From positions 160,001 through 224,000 of IMG/VR virus record IMGVR_UViG_3300028886_000035: a stretch of 64,000 nucleotides of DNA; one strand, written 5' to 3'. Positions 31,721 to 42,259 of the stretch are shown here, in pieces. Position 1 is the stretch's first letter, and the number at the start of each line of letters is the position of its first letter. The translations under genes were made by a program, and so were the position numbers. The notes under the pieces are model-generated. The model did not search any database, was not told where the DNA came from, and saw only the letters and a program-made list of their open reading frames with translations. The DNA comes from a virus (Duplodnaviria; Caudoviricetes).

Positions 31721-32200
31721 TTACAATCCAAAAAACAATCTTCTTGCTTTGTTATGACAAGTAATAAAACTATTTTTATACCAATTTGGAATATACAAAT
31801 AGAATATTTCAAATAAATCTATGGGTGAAAAATTTATCCTAGAACTTGTAAATCTAGGAAATATATCTTGACAAAAACTATTTATATCAAAATTACGATT
31901 ACCATATTTTTTATACCAAAACCAATCTCTGTCTTTACGTTCTCTATTTTGTTTTCTTCTAAATATACGAATTGTATAAAAACTATCCATGGATTGCAAA
32001 AATGTATGAGGATATTGTCTAAATTGTTCAGTAAACCATACAAAATATTTCGTACCACGAATATTGATAACTATCTGATAACGATTTATATATACTTCTG
32101 AAAAATAATATTCTTTTTGTATACGCTTTACTTTAGATATATGTTTTTCAGATATAATATTATCTTCTAAAGCACTATTGTTTATTGTTATAGCTTCCAT
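31721..32200 (-). CDS. hypothetical protein (ends ...FGL)
   Basis: 159 aa, GGAG RBS; stop codon overlaps a 15-bp motif copy. Confidence 0.7.
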   Translation of the reverse strand: MEAITINNSALEDNIISEKHISKVKRIQKEYYFSEVYINRYQIVINIRGTKYFVWFTEQFRQYPHTFLQSMDSFYTIRIFRRKQNRERKDRDWFWYKKYGNRNFDINSFCQDIFPRFTSSRINFSPIDLFEIFYLYIPNWYKNSFITCHNKARRLFFGL

Positions 32201-33056
32201 GTATATACTCCATTTCTTTTAATTGTTCATACGAATACAACAAAGAATAATTGTTTATCTGTATTGACCATAGTATTTTTGTATGTTCATCATCTGCGTA
32301 TATAGCATTTATATTATTACTATATTTAATACCTATATTGTCTAAAATTTCTCGTATATTCAAATCCTCTGTTTTTATATGCAATTCATAATTTATTTCA
32401 TCTAATTCTTTTTGTTTTTGTTCCATTGATTTAGATAACATTGAACGTATAAAAAAAACTAATCCATCATATTTTACTTTATTATTTGTATATCCATAAC
32501 ATATAACAATATCTTTTTGTTTGAACGATGTATATATATCAACTATACTTTGCAAATATTCTTTTGTTCCCATAATCCCAAAGTCGCAATTACTCCATGC
32601 AGTAGCCAATTCAGGATAACGTTTTTTATATAAACTTTGCGATAAAAATAATTCTCTAGGAAACTTATTTATATTAGTATCATAATAATTATATATATAT
32701 TCATCTGCACCAATCATATAGTAAAATGTCATATTATATTGTTTTCGTTTCCATATTTGCATTTGATTACTAACATAATGAATTTGTCTACTATCAAATC
32801 CAAAAATAGGTTTATATAACAACCTATTTTTTTTATTATAAAAATTTGTTTTTTCATATGATTGTAAAACATAAGGCTTATTATGAAACATAAATGGCGT
32901 TAAATGATATAAATTTTGTAAACATTGTATACCTCTTTCATGCTCTGCACAATGACCGCAAGACAAATCCATACCTACAATAATATGTTTATTCGTATTA
33001 TACAAATCATCTGTATATATAAATGTAGGTCTAAAACTTCTTCGCATAATTATCAC
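32175..33056 (-). CDS. hypothetical protein (CAEHE.GI motif)
   Basis: 293-aa ORF. Confidence 0.75.
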   Translation of the reverse strand: MIIMRRSFRPTFIYTDDLYNTNKHIIVGMDLSCGHCAEHERGIQCLQNLYHLTPFMFHNKPYVLQSYEKTNFYNKKNRLLYKPIFGFDSRQIHYVSNQMQIWKRKQYNMTFYYMIGADEYIYNYYDTNINKFPRELFLSQSLYKKRYPELATAWSNCDFGIMGTKEYLQSIVDIYTSFKQKDIVICYGYTNNKVKYDGLVFFIRSMLSKSMEQKQKELDEINYELHIKTEDLNIREILDNIGIKYSNNINAIYADDEHTKILWSIQINNYSLLYSYEQLKEMEYIHGSYNNKQ

Positions 33057-33267
33057 CTTACTTAATTATAAAGGATAACTAACAAAAAAGCAAGGGATTT
33101 TGTTCCCTTGCTTTTAATTACATTACTCATCAGAACTGAAAAACGTTACAACCCAAACCTTTATTTTAATTACCTCCTAAAACTTATCTCGTTTAACTAT
33201 ATATAGTATAACAGATATTACTTATTTTATCAATAACTTTTTTATTATAAAATAATTAATAGGACGC

Positions 33268-33508
33268 AAAAACCGCCTACCATAAATGGTGGCGGTAAAT
33301 GCGAGAGATAAACAAATATAAGTAAGATAACGCCTGTGATTTATGCAACAGTAACCGTTCACGTATTACTACATTACTTAGTTTGCCTTTTGTCGCAAAT
33401 TGGAGGTGAGCGTACAATCGGTAAAGAAACCTGTTTGCATACTTAATAGGTGGTTCAAGCCTACTCACTTGTTTTTGCGTTATACAATTTCAAAGTTTTT
33501 CTTTGTAT
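33268..33508 (-). ncRNA. candidate small RNA (promoter to terminator with no credible ORF)
   Basis: TTGACA..TATAAT at ~33513-33541; terminator ACCGCCACCAT-TT-ATGGTAGGCGGTTTTT at ~33268-33296; no RBS for the 63-aa ORF. Confidence 0.45.
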
Positions 33509-33770
33509 ATTTATTATACCATATTAATTTTTTTTTGTCAAGAACTTTTTTCTTTTCTAAAACCTCTGTTCTTGATTACATATATATCTTATCACACATT
33601 GTCATAAAAGTCAATGGTTTTTTGAAGTTCTTTTGTTCTTGAAGTATCTGTTTTTCTTTACATATATACTATCACAAACAAACAAGTTTGTCAACATGCT
33701 TAAAGTTTTATATGTAAAATGTTTTATTCTATATAAAAGAAAAAGGACGGTCTTTTGACCGCCCGCCCGA

Positions 33771-34070
33771 TTAGTTCAGATATTCAATCGGGCAATCGTA
33801 TTTTTCTTCAACTGCTTTTTTAATGAAACGAGCAAGTTTCACAGCGTTTTCATTCCTTGCATCCGTTCCGCAATCAGAAAACGCGCCAATGGCTTTTACC
33901 ATTAAAATAATCTCATCATACTGCAAAGAACGATGGTCTTTCTGTAAGGTGGAAATAAATCCATCCGTTAATGGTTTCTGCCCGCTCATACCGCTCGTAT
34001 TAAGAGCATCCGACATGTTACGTGCAAGTTTGACACCCATATCATATTTTTCTTTTTCGTAATTCATCAT
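33771..34070 (-). CDS. hypothetical protein (HR.LQ...D.RNE.A motif)
   Basis: GGAGGA RBS, promoter, terminator. Confidence 0.8.
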   Translation of the reverse strand: MMNYEKEKYDMGVKLARNMSDALNTSGMSGQKPLTDGFISTLQKDHRSLQYDEIILMVKAIGAFSDCGTDARNENAVKLARFIKKAVEEKYDCPIEYLN

Positions 34071-34317
34071 TTTGTGTTCCTCCATTTTCTCTAGTGAACT
34101 GTATCTCTTAACTGTCTATATAATACCATATCACACAATCATTGTCAATACTTTTTATATAAAAATTTTTCTTGATTTTGTGCTTTTAAGTTGATTGACT
34201 TTTTACCATAAAACATTTTACAAAAAAATTTTTAGTACCTGTTATAAAGTTTGACTTTTTGACTATTTAATCAATGGAAAAAGGAAAAAGAGTATTTAAT
34301 ATAAAGAGGTAATAATA

Positions 34318-34722
34318 ATGTTTGGTTTAATTCCTTTTGAAAACAAAGAAATGGATAGTATTTTTAATGATGGATTTTTTGATGGATTTAAGTTTCCACA
34401 AGTACATCAAGATATGAAATGTGACGTAGAAGATACAGAAAAGTCATATATTGTTACTGCGGAGGTTGCAGGTTTTGACAAGAATGATATTAAAGTATCA
34501 ACTAAGGATGACGTTCTGACAATTGCAGTTGAACACAAGGAAGATACAAAGGATGATAAGAAGTATCTTTGTCACGAAAGAAGTTATAGCAAGGTGTCAC
34601 GTAGCTTTAGACTTCCTAACATGAACAAGCAGGATATTAAAGCTAATTTGAAAGATGGTATTTTAACCATTACTGTTAATAAGGACGAAAAACAGGAAGA
34701 TAAGTATATCGCTATTGAATAA
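34318..34722 (+). CDS. small heat shock protein (Hsp20/alpha-crystallin)
   Basis: DV.D....Y.V.AE..G..K.DI, ERSY....RSF.LP, A.LKDG.LTI. Confidence 0.92.
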   Translation: MFGLIPFENKEMDSIFNDGFFDGFKFPQVHQDMKCDVEDTEKSYIVTAEVAGFDKNDIKVSTKDDVLTIAVEHKEDTKDDKKYLCHERSYSKVSRSFRLPNMNKQDIKANLKDGILTITVNKDEKQEDKYIAIE

Positions 34723-34869
34723 TTAGATATAATAAAAAAGAATAGTACATATAATAAAACTGTTATGATTTATAAAAGAGACTTGCAAAAAAGTCTCTTT
34801 TTTGTTATACTATCAACGTAGAATATTTTTATTCTATGTGTTTTATTATAACAATGAGGTGATGTAATC

Positions 34870-35118
34870 ATGGTTAATTTAATAGAGCAATCTCACAAGC
34901 GTTTGAGTTTGAGAGAGTGCGGAGGTTTAGCAAAGATAGCACAGAAATATCATGCAAGTATTAAGGTTTATAATGATAACAATTCTGCCAATGCAAAAAG
35001 TATATTAAGTGTTTTAGACTTATGTATTTTACCGAATCAAATATTGGTAATTAACATTAGTGGAGTAGATGAACGACCAGCATTTAATGAAATTAAAAAG
35101 TATTTACGCGAATTATAA
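34870..35118 (+). CDS. HPr/Crh-like protein lacking His15
   Basis: NAKSIL.VL.L (Ser46 motif) and G.DE..A; the His15 position is Ser. Confidence 0.8.
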   Translation: MVNLIEQSHKRLSLRECGGLAKIAQKYHASIKVYNDNNSANAKSILSVLDLCILPNQILVINISGVDERPAFNEIKKYLREL

Positions 35119-35364
35119 TTAAATAAAACGTAAACGGATAATGTGAAAACACATTATCCATGAATGGAAAGTGTATGCAAGATAGGCATATTTTTTTTAT
35201 GCCTTTTTCACAATGTAAAATGTCTTATCTAATTTTTTACATAAAACATTTTACACTATGAAAAAAGAAGTAGTTTTTAATATGCGCAGGAAAAACAGGA
35301 TTTTTGAATTATACGCTTTTATTTCATTTATATAAAAAACTATTCAAACAAGGGTGATTTGAAA

Positions 35365-35637
35365 ATGATAAATGGAATAAAGGAGGTATTAGAAGCCTCT
35401 AAAGAAATTTGGCGTGAAGATTATATGGATGTGTTTTATAATATGAAAGATAAAAAAGTTTTCTATGTTATAAAACCGTTGAAAGATGTATCAAAACATT
35501 TTTATAACATACGTGAATTTGTTAATATCAATACAGTATTTGTTACGAGCATTTATTCAAATTATAAATTCAATGAAACCATTTTAGAAAATTTGGTTAA
35601 TAAAGCAGTAGCAGATTTTATAAATATACACAAATAA
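35365..35637 (+). CDS. hypothetical protein
   Basis: AAGGGTG RBS; resembles 17463-17780. Confidence 0.7.
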   Translation: MINGIKEVLEASKEIWREDYMDVFYNMKDKKVFYVIKPLKDVSKHFYNIREFVNINTVFVTSIYSNYKFNETILENLVNKAVADFINIHK

Positions 35638-35676
35638 AACATATAAATAAAAGAGACTAGATAGCTAGTCTCTTTT

Positions 35677-36072
35677 TTATAATCCGCTATATAGTGTAAT
35701 AGGTAAAATTACTTTATGATAGAATAGTTTTTTATATCCATCAATGCAATCTTTTGCGTCATTTTCTTTTTCAAAACGTATTTTTTTATTCATATAATCA
35801 TACGTCCCATTATATTTTCTTATTCTATTATCTGTTCTGTGTTCAGAAACAATGTTATATCTACAAATATTTATCCCGAATAATATATCAATGTCAATGT
35901 AATAAGATATATCATCTTTCTTATAAATAAGGAAGGGATATGTCATTGATGTATACATAAGATATTTTATTATGCGTTTTCTAAAAATGTCTTTTTCTTG
36001 TTCTGTATATGTTTTCCATTTTGTATGTTTCGTATTTTTCTTTACATAGTACTCGATGGTATATCTTTTCAT
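35677..36072 (-). CDS. hypothetical protein (ends ...SGL)
   Basis: 131 aa, GGGGA RBS. Confidence 0.7.
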   Translation of the reverse strand: MKRYTIEYYVKKNTKHTKWKTYTEQEKDIFRKRIIKYLMYTSMTYPFLIYKKDDISYYIDIDILFGINICRYNIVSEHRTDNRIRKYNGTYDYMNKKIRFEKENDAKDCIDGYKKLFYHKVILPITLYSGL

Positions 36073-36147
36073 AGTTATCCCCCAATACCATTATAACAAA
36101 AATGATTTGATATAAAAAGAGGGAATATATTTTCCCTCTCCTACTCG

Positions 36148-36576
36148 TTACAGTTTTGTCACTTGACCTGTGAAAACATTAATGACTTCTGTACCACCAC
36201 CAAAGGCAGAACGCATTTCTGCTAGTTCTTCTTCACTCGGTTTGTGATTTGCCATTTGTTCACGATAGGATTTAATAAATTCCTCATTAGCCTTTTTCAA
36301 TGCCCTGCTATGTTTGACTAAATCAATATTTCCGTGCATTTTAGTATAGTAGAAACCTGCTACATCCATTGGAGCAATACGCATTTCGTTTGGAAGAATC
36401 CAATATAATACACCATCCTTGACAGTAGATTTATTTGGATTTTTCAATTCTTCTTTCAAGTGCTCTAATTCATCCTTATACGTATCGGGATAAAGGTGAT
36501 AGAATGAAACATAAACCTCGTTCGCTACACTTACCTGTTCTTCAAAAAGTTCTTTCGTCATTTTCATTGTGCTCAC
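36148..36576 (-). CDS. conserved phage protein (C-terminal EMR.AFG.GT.V.NV.TG)
   Basis: 142 aa, promoter, terminator. Confidence 0.8.
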   Translation of the reverse strand: MSTMKMTKELFEEQVSVANEVYVSFYHLYPDTYKDELEHLKEELKNPNKSTVKDGVLYWILPNEMRIAPMDVAGFYYTKMHGNIDLVKHSRALKKANEEFIKSYREQMANHKPSEEELAEMRSAFGGGTEVINVFTGQVTKL

Positions 36577-36913
36577 GAACCTTTCTTCAATAGCGTCTGT
36601 TTATCTCTATGGTTATAGTATAGCAAACTATGTGCAATTTGTCAAGCACTTTTTTATATATATTTCGTAGCAAGCAAGATTGTAAAATGTTTTATCAATA
36701 AACAATCTATATTCCGTTTTACTTTATAAACGGCATAAGTATTATGCTATAACCAGCTCGTATAGGCTTACACTTCACCTGTAACGTGCCTTAATAGCAA
36801 AACAGGTATAGTTATATGTATTGACTGAAAAACTGCAAAAGAAAACGCTATCTATGATTACGTGTAGCAAATAAAAAAGCAGGAAGGGTATTTCACCTTC
36901 CTGTTCTATTTTG

Positions 36914-37480
36914 TTATACACGTTCCATGACTTCAAAATCCATCCCTTTCCAATTCGGAATGTTGGCACAAAAACCGTGATTGACAGAACGTAAACCCTT
37001 TGTCTTGCGTTTTCCGAACGGATTGTTATTAACAATACGGAATGTATCTTCTTCACAACCATTCCCAAAGCAAAATGGTTTTTTGAATTTGATAACTGTT
37101 CCCATAGCAAGGGATTTGACCATTTCTTTACGAGAAAGAACCTTATGAACGGTTTCCCTCCACTTTTTTGACCAATCATTGCAAGGCTCACTCTGTTCTA
37201 CGATTTTCATAATTCTTGCAGGGCAGTTATAATAATATGGATTTACTGATTCGTCCATATCCTTATAAGAGAAATTATATTCTTTATCCCTGCTAAAATG
37301 CACCTTGCAAACCATTGCAAAATACTGTTTCTTAGACGGAATGTATACCGCCCGATAATACTCACTCATATTTACGAGTGCGCCTTTACCAATAAACTTA
37401 AAATCGTCACTCTCCATTTCTTTTTCAAAAAAATCATCAATGCTCATACCATAATCCTTGTGAAGTGAAGTCCAACCCAT
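36914..37480 (-). CDS. DUF6927-like protein
   Basis: MGWT start and YKDMDES..PYYY.CP..I...WR signature. Confidence 0.7.
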   Translation of the reverse strand: MGWTSLHKDYGMSIDDFFEKEMESDDFKFIGKGALVNMSEYYRAVYIPSKKQYFAMVCKVHFSRDKEYNFSYKDMDESVNPYYYNCPARIMKIVEQSEPCNDWSKKWRETVHKVLSRKEMVKSLAMGTVIKFKKPFCFGNGCEEDTFRIVNNNPFGKRKTKGLRSVNHGFCANIPNWKGMDFEVMERV

Positions 37481-37773
37481 GATAATCACTTTTCCTTTCT
37501 TTTCTTAAAAATGAACCTTATCTCTTACTGTCTTTATTATATCTGATATGGAACGTTTTGTCAATAACTTTTTTATTCATTTCTTGATTTTTTTTATTCC
37601 CCCCCCTGTCTATGGTTATAGTATATCAAACTACAAGTACTTTGTCAAGAAGTTTTTTATATTTTTTGGCAGAAAAATTTTTGTCATAAAACATTTTACA
37701 ATTTATATACATATACAAAATAGGGAGAAATGATTTTCATTTCTCCCCAATTTGATTTATTTATATCTTTTTT

Positions 37774-37980
37774 TTATTTTTTTTCGGTATCAAAAGTTCT
37801 TAACAACTTTACAAGAAGAAAAGTTGAATTTGTTTTACCAATTCTATACATATTTCCTGTAAATTTGTTTCTTCTTTCAATAAGAAATTCCTCCCCATTT
37901 TTTGTTAAATAATAGCTATAGCTATTATTGGTGTTCAGTTTGTCAACAATATCAAATGCTTTCATTAAGTAGTTATCCAT
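37774..37980 (-). CDS. hypothetical protein (related to 39034-39246)
   Basis: 68 aa, GGAGG RBS, promoter. Confidence 0.75.
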   Translation of the reverse strand: MDNYLMKAFDIVDKLNTNNSYSYYLTKNGEEFLIERRNKFTGNMYRIGKTNSTFLLVKLLRTFDTEKK

Positions 37981-38159
37981 TTTTGATTACCTCCATCAAT
38001 TCATATAATTTGTTTCCATTTCCTTATCTCTGTAAACAGTATAGCATATAGCACTATGTTTGTCAAGATGTTTTTTATATTTTTGGCAGAAAAATTTTTG
38101 TCATAAAACATTTTACAAAAAGTCTATAGAAAAAGCAGGGATACCTCACCCTGCTTTTA

Positions 38160-38603
38160 TTACAGTTCAACAATATCCAATTTATGTGATTTATCTGCTC
38201 TCATACCACAATGAACACCACAAGTCTTTTTATTTTTCAAATTACCTGTATATACGTCAATAATATTACCACAATCACACTTGCAACGCATTTTTGCATT
38301 ATGGAACTTACCACTATCATCATAGTATGCTTTTTGTACAATCGAAATGACAGTTAACGTACCGAATCTACGTCCAATCCATTTGCTCTCATATGCCTTT
38401 TCTTTACAGTCTTTACACATGGTTACGTTACCACTTTTTAGATACTGCAAGGGTACAATAATATGATTTCCACACTCGCACTCGCATTCATACATAGCAA
38501 GTGTTTTACCATGATTTCCAATTTCCTTGTTCTCTACATATCGAACAATAGTCAGTTTACCAAATTTATGACCAACAAAACTATCTACGTCAAATGTTCT
38601 CAT
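38160..38603 (-). CDS. protein with two G.LT......C.C.CGN zinc modules (type found in homing endonucleases; no nuclease domain seen)
   Basis: FGKLTIV...CECECGN and FGTLTVI...CKCDCGN repeats. Confidence 0.8.
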   Translation of the reverse strand: MRTFDVDSFVGHKFGKLTIVRYVENKEIGNHGKTLAMYECECECGNHIIVPLQYLKSGNVTMCKDCKEKAYESKWIGRRFGTLTVISIVQKAYYDDSGKFHNAKMRCKCDCGNIIDVYTGNLKNKKTCGVHCGMRADKSHKLDIVEL

Positions 38604-38620
38604 TTCAAAAACTCCTTTTC

Positions 38621-38869
38621 TTAAATATCCTCTAGCGAAACTCCATCTTCAGTCATAGATATTTTTGTTAAAATCCATGACTTATCAATTACCATTGTTG
38701 TATCATCTTTACCTGTATAAACCATAATTATTGGTTCATTACCAAGATTAATGATACTTTTCACAGTAACAATCTGGTCTGCTAAATATTTTCGTTTTAG
38801 TTCTTCTTCTTTAGGCAAATCATTAATTGGTTTAATGACTACAGAATCGCCAATTTGCAAATTCATCAT
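38621..38869 (-). CDS. hypothetical protein
   Basis: 82 aa, AAGGAG RBS. Confidence 0.75.
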   Translation of the reverse strand: MMNLQIGDSVVIKPINDLPKEEELKRKYLADQIVTVKSIINLGNEPIIMVYTGKDDTTMVIDKSWILTKISMTEDGVSLEDI

Positions 38870-39033
38870 AAAAGTCTCCTTATTGTGATTTAATCTTTCT
38901 TAAAAACATTAACCAGCGTAGGTAATCTTTATTTTGTCTCTTTGTTTTATTATATATCATAGATTTTTATTTGTCAAGACTTTTTGTATTTTTTTGTTTT
39001 TGAAATAAAAGCAGGAATTTCACCTGCTTTTAT

Positions 39034-39246
39034 TTAATCACGTTCACTATGATATTTTACCTCATCATAAATTCCTTCAAGTGTAATGCGTAACCTACGT
39101 TCTGTATTGGCAAAAGCAATATCATAACGTTCATCTGTTGGAAGATTAATGCGAACAACCACATAATCTCCTGCAATTTTCGTTACAAGATAATCATTGT
39201 TTTTATCCATAGCATTGATTTTTTCAAGCAAATCGAAAATCTCCAT
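39034..39246 (-). CDS. hypothetical protein
   Basis: 70 aa, GGAGG RBS, promoter, terminator. Confidence 0.8.
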   Translation of the reverse strand: MEIFDLLEKINAMDKNNDYLVTKIAGDYVVVRINLPTDERYDIAFANTERRLRITLEGIYDEVKYHSERD

Positions 39247-39340
39247 TTGTAACTACCTCCATTAACACTTAAATTCTTGTTTCTATGATTATATAATAAC
39301 ACATGATACAATATTTGTCAAGAGCTTTTGTATATTTTGT

Positions 39341-39941
39341 TTTTGAAATAAAAGCAGGAATTTCACCTGCTTTTTTAATATGCGTTTTTATGTTCACTAC
39401 AAGACTGCACTTCATTATAAATTCCTTCAAGCATAACGTCAAAATTACATATAAATAAGAATAAATATGTATAATTTTGTTTAGAATTCTAAATTCAAAG
39501 TATCGTTAATGTACTCACCTTAATCTTTTTTCAAGATACGGTATTTTGTTTAATTAATTCTATGTATGTTGTTTTGAATTCTTCGTGGGTTTTGTAAATT
39601 GGAATGAATTTATTTGGTTCAATTTCCTGATGACAGGATTTTTTCAAAACGTTTGAGAGAATCCTGTTTTTTTTAGTTTCAATATTATTTCACCTCCATC
39701 CTGTATTAAATATATGTCAAATTAAACATTTTATGATATATTTGTACAAAAAGTTGCAAAATAATTACTTGTAATATATAATACGTAACATGTTTTCCAT
39801 ATCCACAAAATTATTACAAATTTTGTCTGTTTCAAGATTTATACGCCTAAGTACATAATGTCATCCTGCAAATTTCGTTACAAGATAATCATTGTTTTTA
39901 TCCATAGCAACTAACTTTTCAAGTAAATCAAAAATCACCAT
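39341..39941 (-). pseudogene. decayed, interrupted duplicate of the 39034-39246 unit
   Basis: MVIFDLLEKLVAMDKNNDYLVTKFAG* at 39941-39861; 3' fragment and duplicated terminator at ~39341-39440. Confidence 0.8.
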
Positions 39942-40066
39942 TTGCAACTACCACAACAAAAATATTTATCAACTATGTACAGTATATCAAATAATTTTCT
40001 ATATGTCAATAAAAATTGCTATCATAAAACATTTTACAATAAAAAATAGAGGATATATATCCTCTA

Positions 40067-41296
40067 TCACGTTAAATCTTTTGTTTTTTGTAAATATGTT
40101 TCTATTTCGTTCATAGTTATATATCTACCTGCTTTTGTTTTTATCAAACTAATAGGCATATGATTTTTCAAATTAAACATATATCCTTGATATTCTTTTG
40201 GTACTAATTTTTGTACTGACTTCCCATAATCAGATTTATTATTTATATTCTTCACTATATCATAATATCTATATATCATATCACGTTTTATACGCATATA
40301 TGTATATATTTTTTCTGCTTTTTCATTCAAAACAGTATGATATACAGTAGGAACTTTAGCCAACAAATCATCATAATAATCATCTGCTATAGCTTTAATA
40401 ATTGTTTTACTAGATGTTTCATCTGATAGTATATGACTTAATTCCAAATAATCAGTACACTTTAGTTTATATCTATGATTATCAATTGTGATAACCCAAC
40501 CCTCTTTATCCGAACCTTTGTAAGTATCACGATTACACATAACTTCATTGAATGATTTTGTATCTATTTGTGTCATAGGAATATGATACTTATCAGAAAA
40601 TTCTTTTTTAATATACTTATATCCATATTCTATTCCATTTGTGACATTACGTACACCAATCAGATAAATACCCTGTTGTGATTTATCATAGATAACTACA
40701 TGCCTATCATTCAATGAAATATATTCAAAAATGAATGTTTTATCAGGATTATTCATAATCATTTGTTTGTGATTATATGATAGCATAGTTTCTGCTTCTG
40801 CCAATCTAAAATTTTGTTCTTTATCTAATGACCCTGTACCACCTAACACAAAATGATTATCATAATATCTAACAGACAAAAGTGAACCATCTAGTTTATT
40901 TGTTATTTCTACATCTTTTGCATTTTTCAAATATGATTGAATTTTATCAATATATGTTTCTTCAATCTCGCCTATATTGAAAAATTTTCTAAATGGACAT
41001 AATACAATTGTATCTTTTTCTACATCTATTGTAAGACCACGCATTTCACGATAAATAGAATTTTCATTACGATATATATCATTGTCTCCACCTTTAATAA
41101 GTGAATATTTGAATAAATTATATGTTCCATACACAATGATATTTACGCATTTCAAAAAGTTATTATATTTATCTGTATTTAAATAGATACACATATCTTC
41201 TACACTATATGTATCTAGTTTATCTATTTGCTTTTTGTTCATATACTGATATTTTATCTTCATAACATAGTTATATGCTATATTCCAATCAAACAT
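40067..41296 (-). CDS. RNA ligase 1 (T4 Rnl1/RnlA-like)
   Basis: E.RGL, F.KFFN.GE, KLDGS (motif I), FEY, EGWV, YKLK motifs. Confidence 0.9.
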   Translation of the reverse strand: MFDWNIAYNYVMKIKYQYMNKKQIDKLDTYSVEDMCIYLNTDKYNNFLKCVNIIVYGTYNLFKYSLIKGGDNDIYRNENSIYREMRGLTIDVEKDTIVLCPFRKFFNIGEIEETYIDKIQSYLKNAKDVEITNKLDGSLLSVRYYDNHFVLGGTGSLDKEQNFRLAEAETMLSYNHKQMIMNNPDKTFIFEYISLNDRHVVIYDKSQQGIYLIGVRNVTNGIEYGYKYIKKEFSDKYHIPMTQIDTKSFNEVMCNRDTYKGSDKEGWVITIDNHRYKLKCTDYLELSHILSDETSSKTIIKAIADDYYDDLLAKVPTVYHTVLNEKAEKIYTYMRIKRDMIYRYYDIVKNINNKSDYGKSVQKLVPKEYQGYMFNLKNHMPISLIKTKAGRYITMNEIETYLQKTKDLT

Positions 41297-41458
41297 ATTG
41301 TATCACCACCATATACAATCATATCATTTATAGAAATATTTGTCAATCAAAATTTGTAAAATGTTTTATACCAAATCAAATTCCAAATCATAAAACATTT
41401 TACAAATATCATAAAATTAAAAAGGAAAGGTTTCCCCTTCCTTGTACTTTATCAACGC

Positions 41459-41968
41459 TCATAGTGTACTTTCGTGTACTTTCAGATTGTATTTCTCAAT
41501 CAGATTATCTGCTTTGTGTTTCCAAATTTCATGCAGATTATTTTCATAGATATAGATTGCAAGCGTCCCCTTAATCCCTTCATCATCTGCGCCCTTGCAA
41601 AGTGCAATCAACTTTTCTGCTTCATCAACAGACACAAGCAGGTGATTTGCAAGTGCTTTTACGTCATTATTTTTAATGAAGTATGCACCATTTTCCACCT
41701 CATACATTGGGCAACCGTCCACGTCACGAAGATGAAATTCAAATAAATCTGCAATAGCAGGGAACTTGCGTTCCGTATCATGAAGGCAAGCACCAAAGGA
41801 AACAGGATTAGCATAACGCTTATCACGTTTACCTTTTCTCGTGGCTTTCCATGTTTCATGCGTCACGGAAAAATACGGCTTCTGCTTTCCAATCTGATTA
41901 AGCTCTCCAAAAACAGTAATCAGATACCCATTGGAAATTTTGTTTGCGACCTCGTAATTGTTGAACAT
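41459..41968 (-). CDS. hypothetical protein (YFSVT...G.PMY.VENG.Y)
   Basis: 169 aa, RBS, promoter. Confidence 0.8.
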   Translation of the reverse strand: MFNNYEVANKISNGYLITVFGELNQIGKQKPYFSVTHETWKATRKGKRDKRYANPVSFGACLHDTERKFPAIADLFEFHLRDVDGCPMYEVENGAYFIKNNDVKALANHLLVSVDEAEKLIALCKGADDEGIKGTLAIYIYENNLHEIWKHKADNLIEKYNLKVHESTL

Positions 41969-42259
41969 TGTAATTACTTCCTTTCATACGTGAACCTTAT
42001 CTCTATGGTTATATATTACCACATCTTAGATACTTTGTCAAGAACTTTTTTATTTTTTCTTGGTTACTGTATCTATTGCCTTTCGACACTTATATAGTAA
42101 CACATATCAATATATTTGTCAATAGTTTTTGTATATTTTTTTTGAAAAGATTTTATTCGTATAAAACATTTTACAAAAATCAATATACACAAAATTGTAA
42201 AATGTTTTATACCAAATATTGTTTATCAAAAGAAGGAAGAACTATTTCTTCCTTCTTGC

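Noticed and set aside
33370-33400. c-di-GMP-I riboswitch (AAAGGCAAAC)
   Set aside because: No GNRA loop or GACGCAAAGC element, and no downstream gene before the terminator
34250-34266. CtsR box upstream of hsp20 (AGTCAAA-A-AGTCAAA, minus strand)
   Set aside because: Heptads are 1 nt apart rather than the canonical 3; not supportable
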